Source: the human T2T-CHM13v2.0 reference genome, Homo sapiens
DNA: 64,000 nt
Direction: 5' to 3' (one strand)
Assembly: GCF_009914755.1 (NCBI RefSeq)
Contig: NC_060944.1
The notes below the pieces were generated by a model. The model made no database searches, was not told the DNA's origin, and saw only the letters and a program-made list of their open reading frames with translations. Positions 40,465 through 54,682 of this stretch are shown in pieces. The number at the start of each line of letters is the position of its first letter. Positions within the stretch are counted from its first letter, which is position 1. The position numbers and the translations under genes are program-made.

Positions 40465-41172
40465 GTTCCTTTTTGCAGGTGACATAATTTTATATATCAA
40501 AAATCCTAAACACTTCATCAAAAAACTTTTAGAACTAATAAAGTCAGTAAATTTGCAGGACACAAAATCAAAGTGCAAAATCAGTAGCATTTCTATACAC
40601 TGACAGTGAACTATCAGAACAAGAAATCAAGAAAATTATCTCTTGTACAATAGCATCAAAAAATTAAATACTTAAGAATAAACTTAAACAAGGAAGTGAA
40701 ATATCTTTACACTGAAAATTATAAAACATTGATGAAAGTATAGAAGAATAAGTGGCAATATGTCCCACATTCATGGTTTGAAAAAAGTAATATCATTAAA
40801 ATGTTCGTACTACACAAAACTATCTACAGATTCAATGTAATCCCTATCAAAATTACAATGACATTTTCACAAACATTAGAAAAAAATCCTAAAATTCATA
40901 TAGAACTACAAAAGACCCTGAGTAGCCAAAGCAATCTTGAATAAAAATAACAAAGGTGGAGGCATCACTACCTGATTTCAAAATCTACTATGAAGTTATA
41001 GCAATATAAAAAGCACTGACAAAAAAAACAAACATGTGGACCAACGGAAGAGAACAGAGAGCCCAGAAATAAATCCAGACATTTACAGTCAATTGGTCTT
41101 TTACAAAGATGCTGAAAACCACCAATGGGAGAAATGACAGCCTCTTCAATAAATAGTGTTGGCAAAACTAGA

Positions 41173-41567
41173 TGTGTTAGTTCATTTTGCATTGCTATAA
41201 AGGAATACCTAAGACTGGGTAATTTATAAAGAAAAAGGCTTACTTAGGTCATTATTCTGCAGGCTGTACAGGCATGGTGCCAGTATCTTCTTGACTTCTG
41301 TGAGATCTCAGGAAGTTTTAACTCATGATAGAAGGCATAAGGGGAGCAGGCATGTCACAGTGAAAGAGCAAGAGAGAGAGGGGAGAGGTTCCAGAGTCTT
41401 TCTAACAACCAGATTTTGCATGAACTCATTACCATGGGAGAGCACCAAGTCATTCATGAGGGATTTACCCCTCATGATCTGAACACCTCTCACTAAGCCC
41501 CACTTCCAACATTGCAAATCACATTTAAACATGAGGTTTGGAGGGGACTAACATCCAAACCATATTG
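41173..41567 (-). mobile_element. MSTB-like MaLR solo LTR
   Basis: tgtgttagttcattttgcattgctataaaggaatacc...catccaaaccatattg; 5-bp TSD ctaga/ctaga. Confidence 0.9.
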
Positions 41568-42409
41568 CTAGATATCCACATGCAAGAGAATGGAATTGAA
41601 CCCTTATCTTAAACCATATAAAAATCAACTCAAAATGGATGAAAGGCTTAAATAAAAGACCTGAAACTGTAAAACTACACATAGAAAACACAGGTAAAAG
41701 CATTTTGATATTGGACTGGGCAATGATTTTTTGGATATGATCACAAAAGCACAGGCAATGAAAGCAAAAATAGGCATTGCATCAAACTAAAATTTTTCTG
41801 CACAACAAAGGAAACAATCAGCAGAGTGAAGAGATAACCTACAGAATTGGAAAAATATCTGCAAACCATACATCTGATCAGGGGATCATATCCAAGATAT
41901 GTAAGAAACTACAACAACTTAACAGAAAGGAAACAAAGAACCCAATTTAAGTGTGGGTGAAGGACCCAAATAGACATTTTTCAAAAAAAGAAATACAAAT
42001 GGCCAAAATGTTCATGAAAAAAAGTCCAGCATCACTAATCTTTAGAGATATGCAAATCAAAAACACAACGAGAAATCACCTCACACCTGTTAAAATAGCT
42101 ATAATCAAAAAGAGAAAAGACAAAAGTTGGCAAGACCGTGGAGGAAAAGGGAACATATACTGTTTGATGGGAATGTGAATTAGCACAGTCATTATGGAAA
42201 ACATGAATGTTTCTCAAAAAATTAAAAATAAAACTACCATATCATCCCATAGTCTCACTTCTGGGTATATATCTAAAGGCAATGAAATTAATATCTGAAA
42301 AGATATCTTTACCCTCATGAATATTGTAGCATTATTTGCAATAGCCAAGAAATGGAATCAACCTAAGTGTCCATCAATGGATGATAAAAAATGAAAATGT
42401 GCAGGGTAT

Positions 42410-42412
<3 letters not shown>

Positions 42413-42445
<33 letters not shown>
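42413..42445. repeat. (CA)n microsatellite
   Basis: About 16 CA units. Confidence 0.95.
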
Positions 42446-42447
<2 letters not shown>

Positions 42448-42963
42448 ATATACACGATGAAATATTCAGCTTTAAAAAGAAAATATTTGTGACAATATGG
42501 ATCTGGAAGGCATTATGCTAAGTGAAAGAAGCTAGCCACAGAAAGAAATATTGCATGATCTCACTTACATGTGGACTTTACAAATGTCAAACTCATAGAA
42601 ACAGAGTAGAATGGTAATTTCGAGGGGTTGGATGTTGAAGGATATGGGGAGACTTGGTCAAAGGGTACAAAGTTTCAGTTTGGCAGGGTGAATATGTTCT
42701 GGAGATCTACTGTACAGCATGATAATTCTAGTTAACAATACTGTACTGTATGTTAAATTTGCTGAGAGAATAGATCATAAATATTCTATCACATACACAT
42801 GCACACACGATAACTATGTCAGGTGATGGATATGTTAATTAGCTTGATTGTGGTAATTATTTCAAAATGTATACATAATATATAGCATGAAAGCATCATG
42901 TTGTATGCCATAAATATATACCTTTTTTTATCAATTATACCTCGAGACTGGAAGAAAGGGAAA

Positions 42964-43960
42964 AAGATTTATTTCAAAGTTGTAATAATTAATACAGTAT
43001 GATATTGGCACAAGACAAAATATGCATGGAACAAATAGAGAACCAGAAATAGATCCAAACGTGTGTATCCACTTGGCTTGTGACAATGGTGACACCGCAT
43101 TGCAGTGCAGAGAGGTCATTCCTTCAATAAGAGGAAGTCATATTGGGTCGATTGGATAGTCACATGGAAAAAAACGAATCTGGAGCTGTATCACACATCC
43201 TACACAAAAATAAATTCCAGATACATTATAGTTTTAAATGTAAACAGTAAAAACAACAAAATGTTGTAAAGATAAATTTGGGAATATTTTCATTACTTTA
43301 GAGTAGTTTAATATTTCCCAGGAAAGATACAATACTGCCCATAAAAAGATTGTTAAGTTGATCTTAATTAAAATTAAGAATTTGTATTTATCAAAATACA
43401 CCATTAGGAGAATAAAAATGCAAGCAACAGAGTGGGAGGTATTTAAGATACATTTATTCAACAAGGGGATATTATCCACAAAATATTTAGGAAGTGTTTC
43501 TACAAATCTGTAACAACCCAATTGGAGATGGGCTTAAAACCTGAATAGGCTCTTCACAAAAGAGGATAAAAATAGCCGATAAGCATATGAAACAATTTTA
43601 ACCTCATTAGTAATTAGTAAAATGCAAATTGAAGTCACAATAAGGTGCCAAGTGTTGGTAAGAATGTATTTAGAACTTTCATACTCTTGCCTTATGCAAT
43701 GAATCCCTCAATCATAATACTGAATGAAAGCAAACACAAAGATATCTTTTACATGAAGTTTTAAAACAGGTAAAACTAATGGTGGAATATGTAAAAATGG
43801 CTGTTAATTTTTATAGAGAGCTTGAGAGAGAACACAAAGAAGCTTCAGGGGTGCTGGCTATATTTTGTTTCTTGATCTGGATAGTAATTACATGGGTTTA
43901 TATAATTTTTTTTTTGCATGGTCACATTTTTACATGCTTGCTATTCTATATTAAGCGTTC
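42964..43960 (+). mobile_element. Very old L1, 3' continuation of 32576-34803
   Basis: aagatttatttcaaagttgtaataattaatacagtatgatattggcac follows colinearly from ...ggaggacttgcgcttatgatatc at 34803. Confidence 0.75.
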
Positions 43961-43965
43961 ATTTA

Positions 43966-44433
<468 letters not shown>

Positions 44434-44612
44434 TCAACATTTTTTCATTATAACAAAGCCCATATGACTCATGTATAAAACTCTGAATGCAATGTTCTTG
44501 GAAATATGACAAGGTCCAACTGCCTAGTTCTCCCAAGCAGCAGCATTACTTGTGTATGTGAGAGAGGGATGAGGAAGTGGGGAGGAGGGAGATTCTGTTT
44601 GCCAATCTAGAC

Positions 44613-45085
<473 letters not shown>

Positions 45086-46129
45086 ATCTAGAGCACTTAT
45101 TGATGAGCACTTTACGGAGACAGCAAGGTGGCACTGGTGGTGGGGTGATGGTAACTGGATCATAGGTCAGAGATTCAGCCATTAGGCTCAGATTTTATTG
45201 TTCACAGCAGGTTCTATGTAAAGACTCTCCTTTTCCCAGAACTGGATTTCATGAGTTTATTGCATGAGTTTTTACAAGAGAGTTCAATTACAATACACCA
45301 ATGCCTTATTCTTGCACATGGCAAGTCAATATGGGCAATATGTTCATTGAACATCCTTCCCCACTCATGATCTCATTAGGACTTTGGCATTTTAAATAGT
45401 TCAGCTTGTAAACCCAGGGCCATCTGTGCAGGTGACCTAATCCATGTCTCTGATGATAACTAGCACCCATAGTAAAATGAATGCAAACTGATTTCAATTT
45501 CTGTTTAAAAAACAAACGAAACCTTACTTTATACTTGGCATTAGCACCAGTGTTGGAGGCAGGGAGTGTGGTGGAAATGGGGAGGGAACAAAGAAGCAGC
45601 AGATACAGCTGCCTGCTTTCCTGTCATGAGGTTTACTTTACAGTACATCATGTGTCTCAAGACCAGCTGAGTGTTACATTTTCCATCCTTAAATGACACT
45701 TGCTTTGCACATGTATTTCAAAGGCTTAGAGTTGTTTGCAGAACTCTGTCCCAACCACAGGACTTCCCATCCTGCAGCTGGAGAGTCTTACATGCAGAAG
45801 GGCCTGGGACTTTCCAAGTGTGGGGTGTCATATCTAGCAGCTCTCCTTTCTCATCTCTTGGGTTTGACTTGTCCTGAACTACCCCTTGCTATAGACTAGC
45901 CACAGTGGCGTCATCTGTTTAGTCTGGACACTGCTATCATCTTTGGCACCCCAGTGCTCCCTGGTCTGTTTACCTTAGGCAGTATTGCCAGCTAAAGAAT
46001 TGCTTTCCCCTGCTCTCATATCCATCCACAGTCACCAATAGGGTTCGCTTTCCCATAGACCTGCTCTATGTTGGTTTTTATCAGCTAAGATAATCCACCT
46101 TACGGGCTGGCAGCAGAGGCCACTGGTGC

Positions 46130-46420
46130 CCTGGCTACATCCTCACCTTCCAGTGTGCTCTGACTGGTTTCCAGTTGCATCTGCATCTCTGTGCCTGAGG
46201 ATTCCCCCATTTCAACCCTGAACCCTGAAAGATTGCTCTGCCTGTTTGTACAACAGGCCAGATGTTCCAGGAAGATCCCTTAATCAATGGCTTTCAGGCA
46301 CTGATATATGAATATCCCAGATTATTTGCTTCTAGGCTGATGTAATTCTGGTATGATTAGCATTATTTCCCAGAATTTTCCCATGGTAGCTGGCTTAAAA
46401 ACACATGTATTGGCTTCCTT
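46130..46420 (+). mobile_element. LTR16-like fragment
   Basis: gcatctctgtgcctgagg...caggccagatgttccagg...aatatcccag...gtaattctg. Confidence 0.45.
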
Positions 46421-46443
46421 CCAAGGAATTTTTATATTTGACA

Positions 46444-46880
46444 GCTATTTACTGAGTGCCTACTGTTTGCCAGGCACTGTGCTAGATTTGGGATATAAAT
46501 GATGAGTAAAGCAGATGTGGATCTTGTGATATCGTGGGAGAAACAGATAATAAACAATCACTCACTCACAAATGTATCATTTTAAAATTGTGATAAGTGC
46601 CATTAGGACTCACACAAAGTATATGATGAAGGAACTGAGTGTCTTACCTACATGATGCAGTGACTGGGTAAGGCTGCATTGAGGAGGTGATTTGAACTGG
46701 AGGCCTAGAGGATGAAAATCAGCCATATGCAGAGCTGGGGAATAAAATGTGCAGATATTGGAACGGGAAATAATTTAGGATGTTCTTGGAATGGAAGGAG
46801 AGCTGACAGAAGAGGGGACAGTGGTACTCAGGTTGGATAGGCAGGTAGGCACCAGATCATCCATGGCCTTGTGAAGCGCC
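46444..46880 (-). mobile_element. L2 LINE 3' fragment
   Basis: tatttactgagtgcctactgtttgccaggcactgtgctag...gaggaggtgatttgaactg...ccagatcatccatggccttgtga. Confidence 0.7.
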
Positions 46881-46883
46881 TAG

Positions 46884-47330
46884 GTGGGTGGTATGTGTGG
46901 GCATGTGTATATGTTTCTGTATGCGTGTGAATGCTGTAACATATATGTGCCTTCTTCTCTGTGTTTGTGTTCACCCAGTGGTATGTTAGTGAATGGGATG
47001 TGTTTGCATCTTGACTATGTGTGTATCTGTCCGACTGTGCCACTGCATGTGTGGGTTTTTGTGTGTATGAAGGCCTGTATATTGATGTTTTCAAATAGAC
47101 TTTTTTGATATGTATCTATAAGTATGTATTAATATATTTTTACTATGGTGATATCTAGGTCTGTAGGCCTAATTATTTATGAGTATGTCTATAAAGATAT
47201 ATAGATAAATGTGTCATTGTGCATGAAAGCATGCACACTGATATGTATATTTGAGTGTAAATATATTTGTATTATGCTATTGTATAGGTGAATTTATAGG
47301 TGCCTGTATATGTGTGTTTTATGTGTATAT
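46884..47330. repeat. Decayed (GT/AT)n low-complexity tract
   Basis: Alternating purine-pyrimidine sequence rich in tgtg/tata. Confidence 0.7.
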
Positions 47331-48166
47331 GATTAAACTAGAACTAGATTAAACAATATTCTGAAATTAGTGTCTGTGTCTCTGTATGAAGCTCAGGAAA
47401 TAGTCTTTCCCTCAACCAGACCACAAAAACTTGGAATTTTTATAGCTCACATTTGCTAGCAAGATGCAAACTTTACTTGCAGTTACAGTTATGGCTTGCT
47501 TTATTTTACATTTTCAATATTCCTGGCCTTTAAGAATCTGAATTCTAAATACTTTATGTGAATGAGTGAATATGTGTGCATGTGTTTAATTCTCTTGGTT
47601 TCAGTAAGTCAGCTTCAGTTAGGCCAAAATCCTTACCCTTGTCTTTATGCGTTAATATCTTTATTTAGAAATGAACTTTAGACCTGGAGTCGAGTGGTTG
47701 CCTCAGGCAGCTTTTTTTTTTTTCTCCATTAATATCTTAGTTGTAAGATGATCCAGCAGTTTGATTGTCGGGGAATCAAATACAAGGAGGCCATCCTTGA
47801 GCCCCATGGATGTTCTTATAGACTGATGTTGTCAGAGAAATGGAGACAGCAACTTCCAGGGAAAGACAATGAGCAGCTAGAGTCTGAGCTACTATCTCCA
47901 TATAGAGTAAGTGGGCCCAGTCCTTTGAATAGATTTTCCTTCAATTCCCGATTCTGGCAGCACACAAAAAAAGATTGTTGCCTAGTCATGGGACACAGGC
48001 TTTGGCATGACTATTTTTATCCAGGCAATATCTCATGTTTGGTGCTCTATTTATTCTTCCAACTAGAATTGTGGTGTGTGATGATGCCCTTAAAGATCAT
48101 CCATTCTAGTCTACTTTACAAACTCTTCTTTCATGGGTGGACATTAGGCTGCTCCTTCAACACCTC

Positions 48167-48630
48167 TGTGGTAGATTGTGTTGATGATAGGCCCAATTAA
48201 TGGCCTCTCTGTATCCATGCTCATTGTATTTTAACTTTGTAGTTCCCTCCCACTTTGCCTCTGGGATTAGTTCTGTGACTTGCTTTGGCCAATACGATGT
48301 TAGCAAACTTGATGCAAGCAGAAGTGCGAAAAAACACCTGTGAGTTTTTACTTCCTCTCCCTCTCTTTTCTGTGATCACCCTAAAAATAAGCCCACACTA
48401 GCCTAGTGGAAGATATGAGACCACGTGGAGAAGAGCTGAGTTACCCCAGCTAAGGCCATCTTGGATTAGTTATCCTTTAGCAAGCCTAAAGGCTAAGGAT
48501 AGATGCGTAGTGTGAGCACAGCCAAGGTCAATTCAACTAACCCATAGATTCAAAAGAGTTAATAAATGGTTGTTACTTTAAGCCACTCAGTTTGGAGATG
48601 GTTTGATATACAGCTGTAGCTAACTGATAT
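48167..48630 (+). mobile_element. MLT1-type MaLR LTR
   Basis: tgtggtagattg...gtgacttgctttggccaat...tttaagccactcagtttggagatggtttgatatacagctgtagctaactgata. Confidence 0.8.
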
Positions 48631-50124
48631 AACCTCAATGGTAGGGTGCTTATTATCACTGGAGGCTGTCCATTTCATTGTGTATCAATTCTAATTGTTA
48701 TGCGGTGGAGCTGGACTCTGCATTATAACTTCTGACTATGCCCTGTGAGTGTCAGTGGAAAAAGCTCGTATCTTCTCCCACAATGACCTTCAAGTATTTG
48801 ATGATAGTGATCATGCCAGATGACTAGAGCAGCTTCCAAACTAAATTATCCACACAGAAGTTATCCTTGTTAAACAAACTGGATTATGTTATACCTTGCT
48901 AAAAACCTTTCCATAGTTTCTCATTACACTTAGATTAAAACCCAAACTTCTTTCCATTGTTCTGCATCATCCATATCTGTTTGTCTCAACCTCATCCTGA
49001 ACCACTCTTGCCTTTGCTCATGATGCTCTCATCATATCGACATTCTTTATGTTGACAGTGCTAAGCTTTTTCTCACTTGATGGTCTTTTCTCATTCTATT
49101 CCCTCCTGCCTAGGAATAAATATGTGTTGACATTCCTGAATCTTCTCTTCTCTGAACCAAACATCTTCTGTGTCTGCCATTATTCTTCAATTGATATAAA
49201 TGTAGGTCTTCTCACTAATCTGATTGCATGCTTTAGTGTCTTGTTGCCTCATTTTGAATATGATACCCAGAAATGACCATACTTCTTGGGCATGACTACA
49301 GCAAGAAAGTTATCTTGTTCTTTCTGAAAGAAGTCTACATGCACCCAAGGTATCGTGCCACCAGGATAGAAAGAACCATGCACATTCACTTATGATGGAT
49401 TGGCTAGGTGGATAGGATGACGAATGCTTGGAAAACAGACTATCTGGCTTCTACCAGGTCAATGGCAAAGACCTTGTAGCCTCCTAATATATAAGAGGTT
49501 GATGTGTACACAGATTGACAGGACAGACAGGAATAGTCACCAAGGATTTGTCAGTGGTTTCCCTTGAGCCTTGCCCTAGAGATCAGCTCAATCTAGAGTG
49601 GGTTGGAGTAAGCTATTGTGTGTCTATTAGCACAGAGGCCAAAGCCCTTCTCAGCTCCTCAGTTCTATGTGAATCTCTCACCTTCAATCTCATCCTGAAA
49701 TTAGTTTATCTTTAAGTCATAGATAAATACAAAGTCTAACAATAGGCTAGTAAAAGTCAAGTAATAGTAACTCATAATTGTGGAGCATGTACTCTGACAC
49801 AGGTTCTTTCTAAGCACTTAATTTGCTTTAACCAATCAAATTCTTAAAACAACCCTTTTAGGTAGAACTAGATTAAACCAGTTGTTTCCTAACCAACTGC
49901 ACAGTAGAATCACCAGAGGAGTTTGTTGAAAAATGGAAAAATAAAAACAAAGCAAGAAAAGATTACCTGACTCTACCCAATATTGTTTGCTAAATCACAC
50001 TTTCTTGGGGTGGGGTGGGGGCAGGGGGCCAAGATAATCTGTGTTTTAAAAACAGCTCTCTGCTTGCTCCTTCAGCAATTAACCTGGCATCTGTGAGCTG
50101 GCATTTGGGAACTAATAAATTATG

Positions 50125-50412
50125 TCAGCCTTTCCCATAGTATGCCTCACAAGATGATCATAGGTGGCATACAGAACATTTTTTAATTAGATTTTAATAA
50201 TTACATATTTATTTTTAAATATGTGCATGAGAAAAAGGTAGCATATTGAATCTGTGTTTTTATAGATATTGCTGAGGAAAGGCTTAAAGTGGGTATTTAA
50301 GTTAAAAAAAAAAAGTGAGTTGATTTAGAGAAAATTAAGTAGTGAAACAGGTATACTGATAAGGTTAACACTCAAAGGTGGCAAATGAATGGCCAAAGTT
50401 TAGGATACTCTG
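50125..50412. mobile_element. hAT-Charlie relic (Charlie18-like)
   Basis: cagcctttcccatagt...aaagtttaggatactctg termini; aaagtgagttgatttagagaaaat. Confidence 0.45.
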
Positions 50413-52477
50413 AGAAAATTCTGAGATCCCTTTGATTCAGTGATTCTTTCATTCTATGTGGCATGTGGCTTTGGGTAAATATGCAACTTTGCATTTGAAT
50501 TTGCTTATATGAACACTTTATCAGTAGTTTTCAAACTTTCAGTAGCAGAACTTTTTCAAATGGAATCTCTCTTACCCCTGAACTCCCTAAGCTATCTCAC
50601 CCCAAGATTTCCTTCAGTCTCAGCTCCTGAAACCTGACCTAAATTAAATCCTAGCTCTTGTCTTACACAAGGAAATGGAAGCAAGGGCTAACATTGATGC
50701 AGCTTTGCCATTCAAAATGTGCTCGACAGTAAATCAGCTTTCTAAGGGCATGAGCGCAGATTTGCATTTTGGATGTTGAAATGAAATGAAGATGACCTGT
50801 AGAAAGACAGGAATTGGAGTTCAGGTGGGGATAGGATGGGCCTAGAAGACTTTATTCTCTTTCTAATAGCAATTCACCTCTTTTTCTTCCAACCTTAGTC
50901 ATGCGCTTCTAGTTCTACCTTTATCAGCAGTGAGATTTCCTCAACTTCCTTAATCTCAGTATGATTCCACCTATAAATAAACATTATTATGGGGGCCAGC
51001 TCATAGGGTTGCTGTGTGTATTAAATAATATATATTCTTACCTCCAGGTCTGGCATATGGTGTTTGCTAAGTACTAGTTACTACCATCTCCAAAGTCATT
51101 TTAGCATCAAAGATAAATGCATGTTAATTGTTTAACCTCCAGTAAATATAATTTAAAACAAGTAAAATATAATCAATTATCTATTTCATGTATAGCTTTG
51201 AGTGTTTCATTTTTTTGAATACAAAAATGTATATGACCTTCAATGGGTTTAATAATATTCTTACTTTCCTTAACTCCTTAACCTTATTTGCCTCATGAGG
51301 CATTCAGTTCTGTCATGAAATCTCTGACCACAGATATATTTCAGGAGGCCAATCTTAGCACTTGGAGAAAGCTTCTTTTAAAATTCATCACGTTTATTGA
51401 GCAATTTTCCATTCTCTCACAAAGCTCCCTACTACTTAATCTCACTTGAGCAAGAAAATATTCCTGTGAAGTGGGTAGGGCTGAACTTATTCCCATTTTA
51501 CAGATGATTAAACTGAATAAGCTTTGGAACCATCTCCTTTGGAAGCAAAGTAACTCACTATGGACTAAACACTTTGAGAAAAGAGAGAAGAAAATTGAGA
51601 TGAATTCATGCTTTGCCTCAATTCCCTGTATCTTTCATGTTAAATTACCTTGCTTCATGTTATTGCTGCAAATTTGGCTTTGTTAGTGCAGACCTGACCT
51701 GGATCTGTCTATATTTCTGCATAGAGAGATGACCTTAATGTATTTGCAGAATCTACATGCTGTCCACTAAAGGCCACCCAGCAAATGCAAATGTAGCAAA
51801 TGGAAAATGCATTTCAGGTGCAGGTCAAAAACTGTCCCAGCAAGAAAAATAACTGCAATGACGGGGACTCTGGCTGTCCAGATACCTTCTGAAAGTCTCT
51901 TTGAATTAAAAGCAGAGCGTCTGACAATTTCATGACTACCCCATCTGAAAATGCAGTCTTCCCTGAGGTGGAGGGGGTGATCTAGGTCACTGACTTGCCC
52001 TGCCAGAATCTTACCAACAAAAAGGTATCAGTTGACTGAGTGGAAGTGACAGGGACTTTGGGAAAGGTGACAGAGTGAGAAGTTAGGAACTGGGCACAGT
52101 TAGAAGACAGGAATATGGATTGCAAACAAGTGAAAGAAAAAACACAGCTCAAATTTGTAGGGTGGTGCTTCAAAAAGTAGTGTGACTATGACTGGAAATC
52201 TCCTCAAAGTGCCGTTCTGCCTGTGCATATTTTCCCAGTGACAAAGGTCATGGAGTGGTAACCAGAGAAATCCATGCAGTGAGCCAGGGAACTCTGTGAT
52301 GAAAGTGAATGCAAAAATGGCACCTGAGAGATGGAAAGAAGGACTCAGAATTAAGAACAAAATAGAAGAGGTGGAAGGGACCAAGAAGACTGTGTCGTGG
52401 CAGGGGGTAAAGCTCACCCCTATGCTGAGGGTTAAAATATGTTAAGGAAAGAAAAACAAACAAGCTTCTAAAAATCA

Positions 52478-52750
<273 letters not shown>

Positions 52751-53420
52751 AGTCATGTGTCAGAGAAGCAGATCTAGATCTAGATCCTAGATCTCTGAAG
52801 GAATAAATAGGTTTTCTGGTACTGATGAGGGAGCTGGAAAAAGAGAATTTAAGCCTGAAAAGTGTGGAGGGGGCTTTAATGAGGGAGAGGAGGTACAACC
52901 TCTCAATAGGAGGAAGAACTAGACGAGAGAATCTTACTTCTCTTGCGAGCTCACTTCTCATAGTCTCCTCAGGTTCTGAGAGGACTTAGGGTTGGGATCC
53001 TTGAATATCGCTAACGAACTGACAGAATTGATGGAGAAGAGGTGAGAGTGGTAGAAGATGGGAGAAAAATGTCATCCCAAATTTCAACAGAGGAGGAACA
53101 TAGCTTCCATGAACCACTAGGTGAGTAGTTTGCTGTAGATCCAAAAGGAGGTTATGGAATGGATTATTAAAGGAGTTTGTTTGTGAACACATGGAGAAGG
53201 AAATAATAATCACAGGGACTCAGCATGTGTTTTCCCAGAAGTCATATCAGGTCAATCTCATTTTTCCTTTTACCCCATTATGTAATGACAGACAGATTAA
53301 GGAAGTGAGACTGTTGCTAGGATCTAGGAGATCAGCTAGACATTTGACAAAGTATCACATAAAACCTTTTTGGACAACATGGATAAATATAGGTAAGAAG
53401 ACAAATAGTAATAGTTATAG

Positions 53421-53455
53421 TAATAATAATAATAATAATAACAACAACAACAAAC
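53421..53455. repeat. (AAT)n(AAC)n microsatellite
   Basis: taataataataataataataacaacaacaacaaac; accounts for the poly-Asn in ORF 53191. Confidence 0.9.
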
Positions 53456-53612
53456 ACTTACTGAGTTTTTACTATGTTAGACCATGTCAGGATTTTGGTA
53501 TTCTTTGAACTATCAATCACAAAATAGGCTGCTGTCAACTAGAAGAGAGGTCTCCAGTGGTGAACCCAGCATTGTGTGTTTTTGATCCTATTCAGGTCAG
53601 CACATTGATTCC

Positions 53613-54336
53613 TCCCTCTTCTAATACCTTGGCCTTATCCATGGTTTCAATTTGGTTGATGAACATTTATTGCCAATCAAAAATAGTCAACTCCCACGGT
53701 ACTCTTGGCACTCGGGTACAGTTGAGTGCTAGAGGTAGGCTGATAGGTTCAAATAACCAGTTTGGTTATTTACCGTCTATGTGACCTTAGTCAAGTTACT
53801 CATTGATATGGTTAGGTTTTGTGTTCCCACCCAAATCTTATCTTTAATTGTAACCCCCATACTCCCCATGTATCAAGGAAGAGAACAGGTGGAGGTAATT
53901 GAATGATGGGGGTAGTTCCCCCATGCTGTTTTCATGATAGTGAGTGATTTCTCACGAGATCTGATGGTTTTATAAGGGGCTCTTCCCTCTTCGCTCAGCA
54001 CTCCTTTCCCTGCTGCCTTCACCTTCTACCATGATTATAAGTTTCCTGAGGCCTTCCCAGCCATGCAGAACTGTGAGTCAATTAAACCACTTTCCTTTGT
54101 AAATTACCCAGCTTCACGTATTTCCTTACAGCAGTGTGAGAATGTACTAATACACTCACTGTCTCCATTTTTTCATTTCCCTATCTGTATGATGTGTGAA
54201 GATATTAGAGATGTTATGAAAATTAAAGGAGACAACAAAAGGGAAGTAAGTGCCTGACAAGGGTAAGTGTGACAACTGGCATGGTGTTTGCCTTTTTGGA
54301 AAAATATAATATAACCTGGAGGTTGATCACCTGCAG
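53613..54336 (+). repeat. Local duplication, copy 1 (contains a MIR; interrupted by a THE1-type LTR)
   Basis: Direct homolog of 62440-62965 from cctcttctaa to aatataatataacctggaggtt..ctgcag. Confidence 0.9.
53804..54154 (+). mobile_element. THE1D/MSTA-type MaLR solo LTR
   Basis: tgatatggttaggttttgtgttcccacccaaatc...gtactaataca; TSD ctcat/ctcac. Confidence 0.9.
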
Positions 54337-54469
54337 AGAATACAGAGGACAATGAATGACAAATGGCTGGGAGGGAGGGAAAACAAACACAATGGGGACA
54401 GTCAGAAATGAACAAAGAGCTTGACAGGAAGGAATGGTGGGCTGAATCCAGTATGATAGAAAGTACCAG

Positions 54470-54682
54470 GAGACCAGCCTGACCAACATGGAGAAACCCT
54501 GTCTCTACTAAAAAAGAATACAAAATTAGCCGGGTGTGGTGGCATATGCCGGTAATCCCAGCTATTTGGAAGACTGAGGCAGGAGAATCACTTGAACCTG
54601 GGAGGCGGAGGTTGAGGTGAGCTGAGATGGCGCCATTTCACTCCAGCCTGGGCAACAAGAGCGAAACTCCATCTCAAAAAAA
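54470..54682 (+). mobile_element. 5'-truncated AluSp-like
   Basis: gaccagcctgaccaacatggagaaaccc, ggcaacaagagcgaaactcc; TSD aagtaccagga/aactaccagga. Confidence 0.93.

Noticed and set aside
47748-48200. 150-aa ORF in mostly unique DNA
   Set aside because: No recognisable homology or coding bias, and it ends inside an MLT1 LTR.
52770-52795. Palindromic agatct/ctag run
   Set aside because: Short slippage repeat with no supporting context.
53191-53508. Poly-Asn protein
   Set aside because: Decayed CR1/L3 RT frame running into an (AAT)n microsatellite.
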